NCBI GenBank assembly: GCA_017536685.1
Contig: JAFXGW010000042.1
Span: 47,313 to 111,312, forward strand
Direction: 5' to 3'
Length of the DNA stretch: 64,000 nt
Source: Clostridia bacterium
GTDB taxonomy: Bacteria; Bacillota; Clostridia; TANB77; CAG-508
The translations under genes and the position numbers were made by a program. Positions 1 to 11,054 of the stretch are shown here, one piece after another (the first letter of the stretch is position 1; each line of letters starts with the position of its first letter). Below the pieces are notes generated by a model. It worked only from the letters and a program-made list of their open reading frames with translations. It made no database searches and had not been told where the DNA came from.

Positions 1-3000
1 AAAAAATGATGTGAATACAAATAATATTTATATACTTAAAAATAATGAATTAATAAAAACAGTTTCAACCCAAGAAGAGTCAGTAATTATTAATTTAGAA
101 AATGTAACTGGATTGGTAGACATTGTAATTCCAAACAATCCTAAAGACTATTCTTCATATGGATTTGTTAGTAGAATGAATTATTCGAATTCTTCTAATT
201 ATGCAAGAAGAACAATTTTTATAAAACCAAATGAAAAATTAAATATAGATATAAAAACAAGCAAGGAAGAATACAAACCAGGAGAAGATTTAAAAGTTAA
301 TTTTACTACTACGAATGAAAAAAATGAAACAGTAGATTCTGCATTACTTGTGAGCATATTAGATGAAGCGATTTTGAGTCTAGCAGAAAATGATTTATCG
401 ATAGATAATATAAAACTTGCTTTAGAAGATATTGTATTAGATGATGGAATGACAGCAGCTGATGTATATGCAATGATTTTAAATGATTCTTCAAATACTA
501 CATTACAATCATTGCTATTGAAACAACCAATGACAAATCCAAATATAATAAATCAAAATTATATTGATTCAAGTGCAGATGAAAATTTAGCAATTGGATT
601 GTTATTATTAGGATTGGCAATAATAATTGTTTCAATATATTTATTAACTAAATATGAAAAAGCAAGAGATGTTGCTATGAAAATTATTGTTCCATCAATA
701 AATGTTATAGCTGTATTTGTAATTTTATTAATGTATTTATCTGAATTTATATCTGACTATATAGATATTCCAGATTTTGTAATACTTTTAATTGAATTAG
801 TGCTTGCAATAATTATATATGTTTTGTATTTATATAAAGAAGAAAAACTAATATTTAAAATGATAAAAGAATTTGCTGTATATCCAGCGATAATTGTTTT
901 TTTATTAAATATTTTTGTAGAGATATTGTATGGAATGACTAGCTTAAGATATTCTCAAGCTTCATCAATTGTAATGGTTATAGGTATTTTGGGATATTTT
1001 ATTTTATTTACAATATTCCATGTTTTAAACAGAAGAAAAGAACTTGAAAGAAATGTCAAAAGAGTTTATAGATTTTTAAGAGACTTAATAAGAACAGCTA
1101 TTTTCTGGTTAGCAATTTGTATATTAACACCAATGTTTGAACAATTTTCTTTAATAATTGTAATAGTTGTTTATGTATTATATAGAAAATTGATTCTAAA
1201 AGAAACAAGTACAAAAATGCAAGATGGAAAAATTATAATAAATTTAAATGCTTCAGAGATTGCTGGCATGATTATAGGTGTTGTAATGGTATTAATAGTA
1301 TTATTACTTTTAGTATCATATATGACAATGTATGATTCTCAAAGACTTGTAACAGATTCGATGACAAATTCTACTTTGCAACCAATAATTCAAGAATCAA
1401 CTACTAAAGGTGATTCTAGTACAATCCTTTCTGAAATGGGAATAACAAATGATGCTTCAGATACTAATGGAAGTTCTATTGATTTTGATTTTTCTTTAAA
1501 AAATGATAATACTGAAAATGATATGCATATAAGTAATATGGAAAATTTAAAAGAAAATGATAAAATAGAAAAAGATATTCAAAATCAAGAAAATGTAAGA
1601 AATGTATTTTTAGAAAGTTTAGCGTTTATACCTGAATTGATTACTAAAGAAGGAAATGCTGAAGTTGATTTGAAAATTAGTGATAATATAACAACTTGGA
1701 ATATACAAACTATCGGAAATACCAAAAACGGTAATGTTGGATTTTCTACTAATTCATTTAAAGTTTTTAAAGAATTTTTTGTAGATTTTTCACTTCCGAC
1801 AAATTCAGTGGTAACTGATAGAGTGAGCATTCCAGTTACATTATATAATTATACAGAAAATGACCTTACAATTAATCTAAATGTAAAAGAAAATGATTGG
1901 TCAAAAATTGGAGATTATGAAAAAATAATTACTATACCTGCGAAACAAACCAATATGATATATGTTCCTTTGGATATTACAAAAGCTGGAAGCAATACAC
2001 TTAGAATTGAAACTTCAAGTGGAACTATTTCAGATATCGTAGAAAAGACAATGCTTGTAAAACCAAATGGCTTAGAAATAAACAAAATGGTTTCTAGTGG
2101 AATAATTGAAAATAGTTATTCACAAGATTTGATTTTTAATGAAGATGCTATAGAAGGAACTAAAAATATAAAAATAAGATTGTATGCAAGTCCAATAGCT
2201 CAAGCAATTGAAAACATTGAAGGAATGTTAGAAATGCCAACTGGATGCTTTGAACAAACATCATCATCTTTGTATCCGGATATTTTAGTTTTAAGATATT
2301 TGAGAGAGAATAATTTAAATAATGCAGAACTTGAGAATAAAGCTTTAGAATATATTTCAGCAGGATATCAAAAAATATTAACATATGAAGTTCCTGGCAC
2401 ACCAGGTGGATATTCATTATATGGTGATTCACCAGCTGAACCAGTATTAACTGCATTTGGTTTAATGGAAATATCTGAATTATCAAAGGTATATGAAGTA
2501 GATGAAAATGTTATAAAAGAAATGACTGAATATTTATTTAGTGTTCAAAAGAGTAATGGAACATTTGATTATTCTTCAACATATATTGGTGGTTCTGCTT
2601 CAACTGATAAATTGGCAATGAATGCTTATATTATTTGGGCGTTATCAGAAGTTGCGCCAAAAGATTCTAGACTTGAAAAATCAATTGAATATTTGAGTAA
2701 AGAAATGAAAAATGCATCTGATAGTTATACTTTAGCGCTAATGGCTAATATATTTGTGAATACAGAAAAAAGAGCATTAGCAAATGAAGTTATGGATGAA
2801 TTGAAAGCAAAGATAAAAACTACTCAAGATGGTGCTTTTGTTGAATCCTCAATAAGTGATTACTATGGTACAAGAGGAAAATATCAAAATATACAAACAA
2901 CAGCACTTACTTCAATGGCTTTAACTAAATTGAATTCGAATCAAAAAACAAATTCTGAAATTATAAAATATCTTCAAAGTGTGAAGGATTATAGAGGAAC

Positions 3001-3646
3001 TTGGGGAACAACTCAAAGTACAATATTAGCATTGAAAGCTATAACAGATTATATATCTAATTCTGATATAAAAGAACAAACAATCGTGGTTTCTTTAAAT
3101 GGAGAAGAAAAGAAGATTGAAATTGGAGAAGAGGCGTTAGGGGTATACGAATTGGATTTTGAGAATGTTGAAAAAGAAAATAATTTTTCAATTGAAATGA
3201 AAAAAGGAAAAATTACGTATGAGGTAATAAAAAATTATTATCAAACCTATGATAAAATAGATAATAAGCAAACAATAGTTATTTCGCAAGATATTACAAA
3301 TAAAGCTAAAGTTAATGATGTAATTACTCAAAATATAACAATAAAAAATAAATCTGATTATATTGAAAATGGCTTAGTAGAAATAAATATTCCACAAGGT
3401 TGTAGTGTAATTGAAGAATCTTTATTAGCATTAAAATATAATGGAATAATTGAAAAATATGAATATAATTATGGGAAAATAAATATATATTTAAGAGAAG
3501 TTAGTAAAGAAGAACAAATAGATATAAAGATTGAATATAGAGCTTTATATCCTGAAAATATTACAGGTGCAGCAATGAGAGTATTTGACTATTACAATCC
3601 TGATATAGAAGGAATTTGTAGCCCAGTAAATATATTTGTTGATTAG
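1..3646 (+). CDS. Alpha-2-macroglobulin family protein (probably 5'-truncated by the window edge) with an internal multi-pass membrane block
   Basis: Thioester motif GCFEQ (CxEQ at 2246-2257), A2M-type segments (VRNVFLESLAFIPELIT, SDNITTW, FFVDFSLP, W-GTTQST, DYYNPD); about 8 hydrophobic helices at aa ~193-440. Confidence 0.85.
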   Translation, partial: KNDVNTNNIYILKNNELIKTVSTQEESVIINLENVTGLVDIVIPNNPKDYSSYGFVSRMNYSNSSNYARRTIFIKPNEKLNIDIKTSKEEYKPGEDLKVNFTTTNEKNETVDSALLVSILDEAILSLAENDLSIDNIKLALEDIVLDDGMTAADVYAMILNDSSNTTLQSLLLKQPMTNPNIINQNYIDSSADENLAIGLLLLGLAIIIVSIYLLTKYEKARDVAMKIIVPSINVIAVFVILLMYLSEFISDYIDIPDFVILLIELVLAIIIYVLYLYKEEKLIFKMIKEFAVYPAIIVFLLNIFVEILYGMTSLRYSQASSIVMVIGILGYFILFTIFHVLNRRKELERNVKRVYRFLRDLIRTAIFWLAICILTPMFEQFSLIIVIVVYVLYRKLILKETSTKMQDGKIIINLNASEIAGMIIGVVMVLIVLLLLVSYMTMYDSQRLVTDSMTNSTLQPIIQESTTKGDSSTILSEMGITNDASDTNGSSIDFDFSLKNDNTENDMHISNMENLKENDKIEKDIQNQENVRNVFLESLAFIPELITKEGNAEVDLKISDNITTWNIQTIGNTKNGNVGFSTNSFKVFKEFFVDFSLPTNSVVTDRVSIPVTLYNYTENDLTINLNVKENDWSKIGDYEKIITIPAKQTNMIYVPLDITKAGSNTLRIETSSGTISDIVEKTMLVKPNGLEINKMVSSGIIENSYSQDLIFNEDAIEGTKNIKIRLYASPIAQAIENIEGMLEMPTGCFEQTSSSLYPDILVLRYLRENNLNNAELENKALEYISAGYQKILTYEVPGTPGGYSLYGDSPAEPVLTAFGLMEISELSKVYEVDENVIKEMTEYLFSVQKSNGTFDYSSTYIGGSASTDKLAMNAYIIWALSEVAPKDSRLEKSIEYLSKEMKNASDSYTLALMANIFVNTEKRALANEVMDELKAKIKTTQDGAFVESSISDYYGTRGKYQNIQTTALTSMALTKLNSNQKTNSEIIKYLQSVKDYRGTWGTTQSTILALKAITDYISNSDIKEQTIVVSLNGEEKKIEIGEEALGVYELDFENVEKENNFSIEMKKGKITYEVIKNYYQTYDKIDNKQTIVISQDITNKAKVNDVITQNITIKNKSDYIENGLVEINIPQGCSVIEESLLALKYNGIIEKYEYNYGKINIYLREVSKEEQIDIKIEYRALYPENITGAAMRVFDYYNPDIEGICSPVNIFVD

Positions 3647-3656
3647 TAAAAATAAT

Positions 3657-3698
3657 AAACTGCAAATTGATATAATAAAATATTAATTTGCAGTTTTT
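3657..3698 (+). terminator. Putative intrinsic terminator
   Basis: AAACTGCAAATT...AATTTGCAGTTTTT inverted repeat after the stop codon. Confidence 0.6.
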
Positions 3699-3817
3699 AT
3701 ATATTTAAACAGATTAATACAATAATACAATAATAAATAATAAGATAGAAATTTATTTGGTAATATAAAATAATGCTATAATTGATTTTTGGTGGGGGAC
3801 AAAATTGTAAAAAGTAC

Positions 3818-3868
3818 TTGAAAAGTTCGATAAAATATTATAGAATATCTTTGGTCAAAAGTGACCAA
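3818..3868 (+). promoter_or_regulatory. SigA-type promoter of gapA with a downstream palindromic operator candidate
   Basis: TTGAAA-17 nt-TAGAAT at 3818-3846; palindrome TTGGTCA-aaag-TGACCAA at 3851-3868. Confidence 0.55.
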
Positions 3869-3924
3869 AATATAAACAGATACTAAAAAGACATTAAAGT
3901 ATCAGAAGTGGAGGAATTTATATT

Positions 3925-4944
3925 ATGTCAGTAAAAGTAGCTATAAATGGTTTTGGACGTATTGGACGTCTTGCGTTTAGACAAATGTTTGGAGCAGAAG
4001 GGTATGAAATCGTTGCAATTAACGATTTAACAAGCCCAGATATGTTAGCTCACCTTTTAAAATATGACTCTGCACAAAAAAGATATGACAAAGCAGATAC
4101 AGTAGTAGCTGGGGAAGACTCTATTACAGTAGATGGAAAAACAATCAAAATTTATGCAGAAAAAGATGCAGCTAATTTACCTTGGGGAGAAATCGGAGTT
4201 GACGTTGTTTTAGAATGTACAGGTTTCTATACATCAAAAGAAAAAGCATCAGCTCATATTACAGCAGGAGCTAAAAAAGTTGTTATATCTGCACCAGCAG
4301 GAAAAGACTTACCAACAATCGTTTATGGAGTAAACGAAGGAACATTAACAGCAGAGGATAATATTATTTCTGCAGCATCTTGTACAACAAACTGTTTAGC
4401 ACCTATGGCTAAAGCATTAAATGATTATGCACCAATCCAATCAGGAATTATGACAACAGTTCACGCTTATACAGGAGATCAAATGGTACTTGATGGACCA
4501 CATAGAAAAGGAGATTTAAGAAGAGCTAGAGCAGCAGCTGTAAATATCGTTCCTAACTCAACAGGAGCAGCTAAAGCAATTGGATTAGTTATTCCAGAAT
4601 TAAATGGAAAATTAATCGGATCTGCACAAAGAGTTCCAGTTCCAACAGGATCTTCAACAATATTAATTGCTACAGTAAGATCAAATGAAGAAGTTACAGT
4701 TGATTCAATCAACGCAGCTATGAAAGCAGCTTCAAATGCATCTTATGGATATACAGAAGAACCATTAGTTTCTTCAGATATTATCGGAATTACACACGGT
4801 TCTTTATTTGATGCAACACAAACAATGGTTGCTAAAGTAGAAGAAGGATTATACCAAGTACAAGTTGTATCATGGTATGACAATGAAAATTCTTACACAA
4901 GCCAAATGGTAAGAACAATTAAATATTTTGCTGAATTAGGATAA
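3925..4944 (+). CDS. gapA: Type I glyceraldehyde-3-phosphate dehydrogenase
   Basis: INGFGRIGR and catalytic ASCTTNCL motifs; GGAGG RBS. Confidence 0.98.
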   Translation: MSVKVAINGFGRIGRLAFRQMFGAEGYEIVAINDLTSPDMLAHLLKYDSAQKRYDKADTVVAGEDSITVDGKTIKIYAEKDAANLPWGEIGVDVVLECTGFYTSKEKASAHITAGAKKVVISAPAGKDLPTIVYGVNEGTLTAEDNIISAASCTTNCLAPMAKALNDYAPIQSGIMTTVHAYTGDQMVLDGPHRKGDLRRARAAAVNIVPNSTGAAKAIGLVIPELNGKLIGSAQRVPVPTGSSTILIATVRSNEEVTVDSINAAMKAASNASYGYTEEPLVSSDIIGITHGSLFDATQTMVAKVEEGLYQVQVVSWYDNENSYTSQMVRTIKYFAELG

Positions 4945-4996
4945 TTAAATTGGCATAAAATTTTAATTTTGTGCCTATTAGATTATATAAATTTAA

Positions 4997-5050
4997 TAGC
5001 AATAAAGAGCTAGTGGTGGAGGGCGGACCTTTATTGCTAGCTCATTTTTG
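4997..5050 (+). terminator. Terminator/attenuator hairpin between gapA and pgk
   Basis: GAGCTAGTGGTGGAGG...CCTTTATTGCTAGCTC followed by a T-run. Confidence 0.55.
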
Positions 5051-5158
5051 TTTATTTAGTATGAAATGTATAAAAATTGTACTAAATAAAATATAAATTA
5101 GTTAGTATGAAGATAAAATATATTTATAAAACTTCAAATATAAGAAAGGAAAATAAAA

Positions 5159-6349
5159 ATGAATAAGAAAACAGTAAGAGATATTGATTTAAAAGGAAAA
5201 AAAGTATTAGTTAGATGTGATTTTAATGTACCTTATAATGAAGAAAGAGTTATCACAGATAACAGAAGAATTGTAGCTGCTTTACCTACAATTAAATATT
5301 TATTAGAAAATAATTGTAAAGTAATTTTATGTTCTCACTTAGGAAGACCAAAAGGACAAGTAAAACCAGAATTTTCTCTAGATATAGTAGCTGCAGAGCT
5401 TTCTAAATTATTAGGATTAGAAGTTAAATTAGCTAAAGATGTTGTTGGAGAAGATGCAAAAAATCTAGCAGCTAACTTAAACGAAGGAGAAGTTATGCTT
5501 CTTGAAAATGTAAGATATGAAGCTGGAGAAGAAAAAAATGATGAAGAATTATCAAAAGCATTTGCTTCCTTAGTAGAAGTATTTGTAAATGACGCTTTCG
5601 GAACAGCTCACAGAGCACATAGCTCAACAACAGGTGTTGCAAGCTTTTTACCAGCAGTTTCTGGATTCTTAATTGAAAAAGAATTAAACTTTTTAGGAAC
5701 AGCTTTAGAAAATCCTGAAAGACCATTTATGGCTATTTTAGGTGGTAAAAAAGTTTCTGATAAAATTGGTGTTATTGAAGCTTTAATTGAAAAAGTTGAT
5801 GTTTTAATGATTGGTGGAGCTATGGCTTACACATTCTTTAAATCAATGGGATATAATGTTGGAAATTCAATTTGCGAATTAGATAAATTAGATTTAGCTC
5901 AAGAATTAATGGAAAAAGCTAAAGCTAAAGGTGTTAAATTAATGTTACCAGTTGATACAAAAGTTGGTAAAGAATTTGATGCAAACACAGAAAGCAAAAC
6001 AGTTAAATATACAGAAATTCCTGATGGATGGGAAGGATTTGACATTGGTCAATAAACAATCGAATTATATGCAAATGAATTAAAAAATGCTAAAACAGTT
6101 ATCTGGAATGGACCTGTTGGATTATTTGAATTTGATCAATTTGCTATTGGAACAAACAGTATAGCAAAAACACTTGCTGATGTTGATGCTGTTAAAATAA
6201 TTGGTGGTGGAGATTCAGCTGCAGCTGTTGAAAAAGCAGGATTAGCTGAAAAATTTACACACATTTCTACAGGTGGTGGAGCATCTTTAGAATTCTTAGA
6301 AGGTAAAAAATTGCCAGGAATTGAAGCTTTACAAAATGTTAATGATTAG
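5159..6349 (+). CDS. pgk: Phosphoglycerate kinase interrupted by one in-frame TAA at 6053-6055
   Basis: [24 protein letters not shown]; the same frame resumes after TAA with [26 protein letters not shown] and ends at TAG 6347-6349 (397 codons including the stop). Confidence 0.93.
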
Positions 6350-6521
6350 TTGATTTACATTTTGAGAATAGTAGACAAATTATAAAATAAATAATATTAA
6401 AAAATAAAAGCGGGCAAATAAGCTTACATTATATACTTGTCCGCTTAAATAATAGAAATTATATAAAATATTAGTTTCTATTTATATGAGATTTAAAAAT
6501 CAAAATCGAGAGGAGATTTTT

Positions 6522-7274
6522 ATGAGAAGAAAAGTTATTGCAGGAAACTGGAAAATGAACATGCTTCCAAATGAAGCAATTGATTATATTCAAGCTTTTG
6601 AACCATTAGTTAAAGATGCTGAAGCTGAAGTTATTTTATGTGTTCCATATACAGACTTATTCTATTGTTTAATGAATGCACAAGGAACAAATATTAAAAT
6701 AGGTGCTCAAAATATGCACTTTGCTGAAACAGGAGCATATACAGGAGAAGTTTCAGGAAAAATGTTAAAATCTATAGGAGTTGAATATGTTATTATAGGT
6801 CACTCTGAAAGAAGACAATATTATAACGAAACAGATGAAACAGTAAATAAAAAATTAAAAGCTGCTTTTGAAAATGAATTAAAACCAATCGTATGTGTTG
6901 GAGAAAGTTTAGAAGAAAGAGAAGCTGGAAAAACAGAAGAAATAATTACTTCTCAAACAAGACTTGCATTAGATGGATTAACAAATGAACAAGTTAAAGC
7001 TACAATTATAGCTTATGAACCAATCTGGGCTATTGGAACAGGAAAAACAGCAACTTCAGAAGATGCTAATAATTCAATAAAAGCAATAAGAGAAGAAGTA
7101 AAAAGAATTTATGGTGAAGAAGTTTCAGAAGAAGTTATTATCCAATATGGCGGAAGTGTAAAATCTTCAAACGCAAAAGAATTATTCTCAACATCAGATA
7201 TTGATGGTGGATTAGTTGGTGGAGCAAGCTTAAAACCGGATGAATTCAGTAAAATAGTAAATTACAACAAATAA
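6522..7274 (+). CDS. tpiA: Triosephosphate isomerase
   Basis: AGNWKMN, IGHSERR, AYEPIWAIGTG, YGGSV; RBS GAGGAG before ATG 6522. Confidence 0.98.
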   Translation: MRRKVIAGNWKMNMLPNEAIDYIQAFEPLVKDAEAEVILCVPYTDLFYCLMNAQGTNIKIGAQNMHFAETGAYTGEVSGKMLKSIGVEYVIIGHSERRQYYNETDETVNKKLKAAFENELKPIVCVGESLEEREAGKTEEIITSQTRLALDGLTNEQVKATIIAYEPIWAIGTGKTATSEDANNSIKAIREEVKRIYGEEVSEEVIIQYGGSVKSSNAKELFSTSDIDGGLVGGASLKPDEFSKIVNYNK

Positions 7275-7412
7275 TATTGAGCAAAATGAAAGAATATATA
7301 GTTTTGTAGAGTAAATTAACTAAACTATATAGTGTTTTATTAAAATATATAATCGAATGCTAAAATTAGATTTATATAACGGTTTATATAGAAAGAGGGA
7401 CGAAATAATATT

Positions 7413-8945
7413 ATGGGAAAACTAACAATGTTAATGATACTAGATGGATTTGGTGTCAATGAAAAAGAAGAAGGAAATGGAGTAAAACAAGCTAATATTC
7501 CACATTTAAATGAAATACTAACCAAAAATCCAAACACAATAATTCACACAAGTGGATTAGAAGTGGGACTTCCAGAAGGACAAATGGGAAACTCAGAAGT
7601 AGGTCATACAAATATTGGTGCTGGAAGAATTATATATCAAGATTTAGCTAAAATAACAAAAGCTATAGAAGATGGGAATTTCTTTAGTGTACCAGAATTT
7701 GTAAAAGCAATTGAGAATTGTAAAGCTAATAATTCAAAATTACATTTAATGGGATTATTATCTGATGGTGGAGTACATAGTCATAATCGTCATTTATATG
7801 GGCTTTTAGAATTAGCTAAAAGAAAAGATTTTGAAGATGTATATGTACATTGCTTTATGGATGGAAGAGATACTCCACCAGCATCAGGAGAAAATTATAT
7901 AACAGAACTTGAACAAAAAATGCAAGAAAAAGGCGTTGGACAAATAGCAACTCTATCTGGAAGATTTTACGCTATGGATAGAGATAAAAGATGGGAAAGA
8001 GTTTCAGAAAGCTATAACGCGATGGTTAATGGAATTGGAGAAAAAGCAACTTCTGCTATTTCTGCAATCGAAGAATCTTATCAAAAAGAAGTTTTTGATG
8101 AATTTGTTAAACCGACAGTTATAACAAATAAAGCAGGAGAACCAGTTGCAAAAATTGAGGATGGTGATTCAGTAATATTCTTTAACTTCAGACCAGATAG
8201 AGCTAGAGAAATAACAAGAGCAATTGTTGATAAAGAATTTGATGGATTTGAAACAAAAAAATTAAACACATATTTTGTTTGTATGACTCCTTATGATGAA
8301 ACAATGCCAAATGTTGAAATCGCATATAGAAAAGAAGAAATTAGAAATACATTTGGAGAATATATTTCAAGAAGAGGATTAAAACAATTAAGAATTGCTG
8401 AAACAGAAAAATATGCACACGTAACATTCTTCTTTAATGGTGGAGAAGAAAAACAATATGAAGGTGAAGATAGAATTTTAGTTCCATCACCTAAAGTTGA
8501 AACTTATGATTTAAAACCTGAGATGAGCGCTTATGAAGTTTGTGATAAAGTTGTTGAAGCAATCAAATCAGAAAAATATGATTCTATTATATTAAACTTT
8601 GCTAATCCAGATATGGTTGGACATACTGGAAATACAGATGCAGTAGTTAAAGCTTTAGAAGCTATTGATGAATGTGTTCAAAAAGTAGTAGATGCTGTAA
8701 ATGAAGTAAATGGTACTTTATTAATAACAGCAGATCATGGAAATTGTGAGCAAATGATTGATTATAAAACTGGAGAACCACAAACAGCACATACAACAAA
8801 TCCAGTTCCGCTTGCAATAGTCGGATTACCAAGTAACAAAAAAATAAGAGAAGGACGTTTGGCTGACTTGGCACCAACCATGTTAGACATAATGGGATTA
8901 GAAAAACCTGATGAAATGACAGGAGAAAGTTTAATTCAAAATTAA
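7413..8945 (+). CDS. gpmI: 2,3-bisphosphoglycerate-independent phosphoglycerate mutase
   Basis: ILDGFG, GQMGNSEVGH, DMVGHTG, TADHGN. Confidence 0.98.
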   Translation: MGKLTMLMILDGFGVNEKEEGNGVKQANIPHLNEILTKNPNTIIHTSGLEVGLPEGQMGNSEVGHTNIGAGRIIYQDLAKITKAIEDGNFFSVPEFVKAIENCKANNSKLHLMGLLSDGGVHSHNRHLYGLLELAKRKDFEDVYVHCFMDGRDTPPASGENYITELEQKMQEKGVGQIATLSGRFYAMDRDKRWERVSESYNAMVNGIGEKATSAISAIEESYQKEVFDEFVKPTVITNKAGEPVAKIEDGDSVIFFNFRPDRAREITRAIVDKEFDGFETKKLNTYFVCMTPYDETMPNVEIAYRKEEIRNTFGEYISRRGLKQLRIAETEKYAHVTFFFNGGEEKQYEGEDRILVPSPKVETYDLKPEMSAYEVCDKVVEAIKSEKYDSIILNFANPDMVGHTGNTDAVVKALEAIDECVQKVVDAVNEVNGTLLITADHGNCEQMIDYKTGEPQTAHTTNPVPLAIVGLPSNKKIREGRLADLAPTMLDIMGLEKPDEMTGESLIQN

Positions 8946-8961
8946 CTTTTAGGAGAAATTT

Positions 8962-9702
8962 ATGATAAGCTTACCAGAAGAGAAAATTTTGTATTCAGAA
9001 ATACAAAAAAAGTTGTTTTATATAATTCCTGAAAAATGGGAAAGCATATATTTATATGCTTCTGTAATTGACGTGCATGGACAAAAGCCGGTTGGAGAAA
9101 TGTATTTTTATTATTTACCAAAAGGTATAATAAAGAAAAAATATGTTAATGGATATGAAATACCATCAATATTTAATATTGATGAAGAACAATATTCAAA
9201 ATTAATTACAGATATGTATAATCTAATAAAGCTTTTAAGAGAAAGAATGGCTGCTAGAGGAAAAAAGAAAATTTGGAGTAATGTTACTATTACAATTAAA
9301 AATTTTCAATTTAAAATAGAATTCGATTATGAAGATTTAAGAAAATCACAGTTTGATTCTTATGAGCGCCATGTAATATGGAGATATAATTATTTAAGTG
9401 AAGATTCAGAAGCATTAAGTAGGAAAGATAAGAAAATTTTAGAATATTACAAAAAATATAAGGAAACAGAAATTACTCCTAAAAGAGATATGTATGTGGA
9501 AGGAATATATAAGCAACCTGTTAAGAATATTATAGACTTTGAAAAAACATTAACTGTTGATGAAGCTGTTGCACAATCAAAACCAGTTAATGAATTAAAA
9601 GGGAAGAAAAGTATTTTTAGATTAAAAAATAAAAGTGATGAAAATAAAGATGATGAAGATAATAAAACTTATAATAATCAAATTTTAAATTGGAAGAAAT
9701 AA
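8962..9702 (+). CDS. DUF600/YezG-like (antitoxin/immunity-type) protein with a charged C-terminal extension
   Basis: N-terminal pattern LY-EI---L---IPEKWESIYLYA, then WSNVTITI and FKIEFDYED as in the YezG/DUF600 family. Confidence 0.6.
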   Translation: MISLPEEKILYSEIQKKLFYIIPEKWESIYLYASVIDVHGQKPVGEMYFYYLPKGIIKKKYVNGYEIPSIFNIDEEQYSKLITDMYNLIKLLRERMAARGKKKIWSNVTITIKNFQFKIEFDYEDLRKSQFDSYERHVIWRYNYLSEDSEALSRKDKKILEYYKKYKETEITPKRDMYVEGIYKQPVKNIIDFEKTLTVDEAVAQSKPVNELKGKKSIFRLKNKSDENKDDEDNKTYNNQILNWKK

Positions 9703-9750
9703 AATAAAAGAGTACTTCAAAAAGTGAAGTGCTCTTTTATTTTGTTTTTT
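9701..9750 (+). terminator. Intrinsic terminator
   Basis: AAAATAAAAGAGTACTTCA-aaaag-TGAAGTGCTCTTTTATTTT. Confidence 0.75.
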
Positions 9751-9756
9751 TACAAA

Positions 9757-10007
9757 TAATAATTTGTCGGTGAGTTTATATAAGTTGCTCTCGGTTAATT
9801 ATATATTTTATGTAATTCGTTTTCTTGCTGGTCGGGTGTTAATTTGAAAATTGGTCGCTCGTAGAAAGCTTTAAAAAGCTTTACTTCGCTAATTTTCAAA
9901 TTATCAAAGCCTTCGGCGCACCCTCCCATTGCTGCGCGAAAACTTTTACAAAAATATATAAATTAACCTGTGGCAACATTTTGATTAAACAGCTCGACAA
10001 ATTATTA
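9757..10007. repeat. Long nested palindromic element, family A, copy 1 (MITE-like or structured ncRNA)
   Basis: Terminal IR TAATAATTTGTCG/CGACAAATTATTA with several inner stems; homologous to 52251-52486. Confidence 0.8.
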
Positions 10008-10072
10008 GTTGTTTGTTCTAAAAATTAAAATTAGGAATATATATTATTAATACAAATAAAAGTGAGGAAAAA

Positions 10073-11054
10073 ATGAATAGTATTTTAAAATATTTTCCAG
10101 TTACTATAAAAGAAATTTTAGAAAAAGAAATTACAGAAGTAAATGATTTTGTAGAAGAAATTAGAATAAGAGCTAATAAACCGATTATTATAAAATTTAA
10201 TAAAAAAGAAAAAATTATAAAATATTTTGTAAGCTCAGAAGAAATATTGAAGACATTACAATTAGTTTGTGAAAACTCAATTTATAGTTACCAACATCAA
10301 ATTGCTGATGGTTTTGTTACAATCGTTGGAGGACATAGAGTAGGTGTTGCCGGCTCTTGTGTTATAGAAAATGGAAAAGTAATAAATATTAATTATATAA
10401 ATAGTTTGAATTTTAGAATTGCAAGGCAGATAAAAGGTATAAGCAGAGAAGTATTAAGATATATACTAGATTTGGATCAAAATACAATTTTAAATACTTT
10501 AATTGTATCACCACCAGGTGTAGGAAAAACCACTTTATTAAAAGATATTACAAAACAAATTTCAAGTGGAATAAAATTACTTAAATTTAAAGGGTTAAAT
10601 GTAGGAATTGTTGATGAAAGAGGTGAAATTGCAGCTTTATATAAAGGAGTTGCACAAAATGATATAGGGATAAAAACAGATGTAATGGACAATGTGTCAA
10701 AAGCAATTGGAATAAAAATGTTAATAAGGTCCATGACTCCACAAGTAATTATTGCTGATGAAATTGGTAAAGAAGAAGATATTGATGCAATCAATTATGC
10801 GCTTTGTAGCGGATGTAAAGGAATTTTTACAGCACATGGAAAAAAAATGAAAGATCTATATTTAAATGAAGTTTTGAAAAAAATGATAGAAGGAAATATT
10901 TTTGAACTAATACTTTTCCTTGATTCAAAAGAAAAAGGAAAATTAGAAGAAGTATATTTATTAAACAAAAATAATATGAAATATGAAAAATATGAAATTA
11001 ATGTTAAAGAAGGAACAAATATATTACACGATTGGATCGAGGAGCGGAAATTAA
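10073..11054 (+). CDS. spoIIIAA: Stage III sporulation protein AA (ends at 11054 with a +1 shift at CGG 11045, or at 11077 without it)
   Basis: EEIRIRA, GGHRVG, Walker A SPPGVGKTT, DERGEIA, DEIG; first gene of an 8-gene spoIIIA operon. Confidence 0.92.

Noticed and set aside
3795-3810. CggR-type operator upstream of gapA (GGGAC…TGT)
   Set aside because: Only a partial half-site and no cggR gene in the window
6053-6055. TAA stop-codon reassignment
   Set aside because: Single instance; TAA terminates most genes in the window
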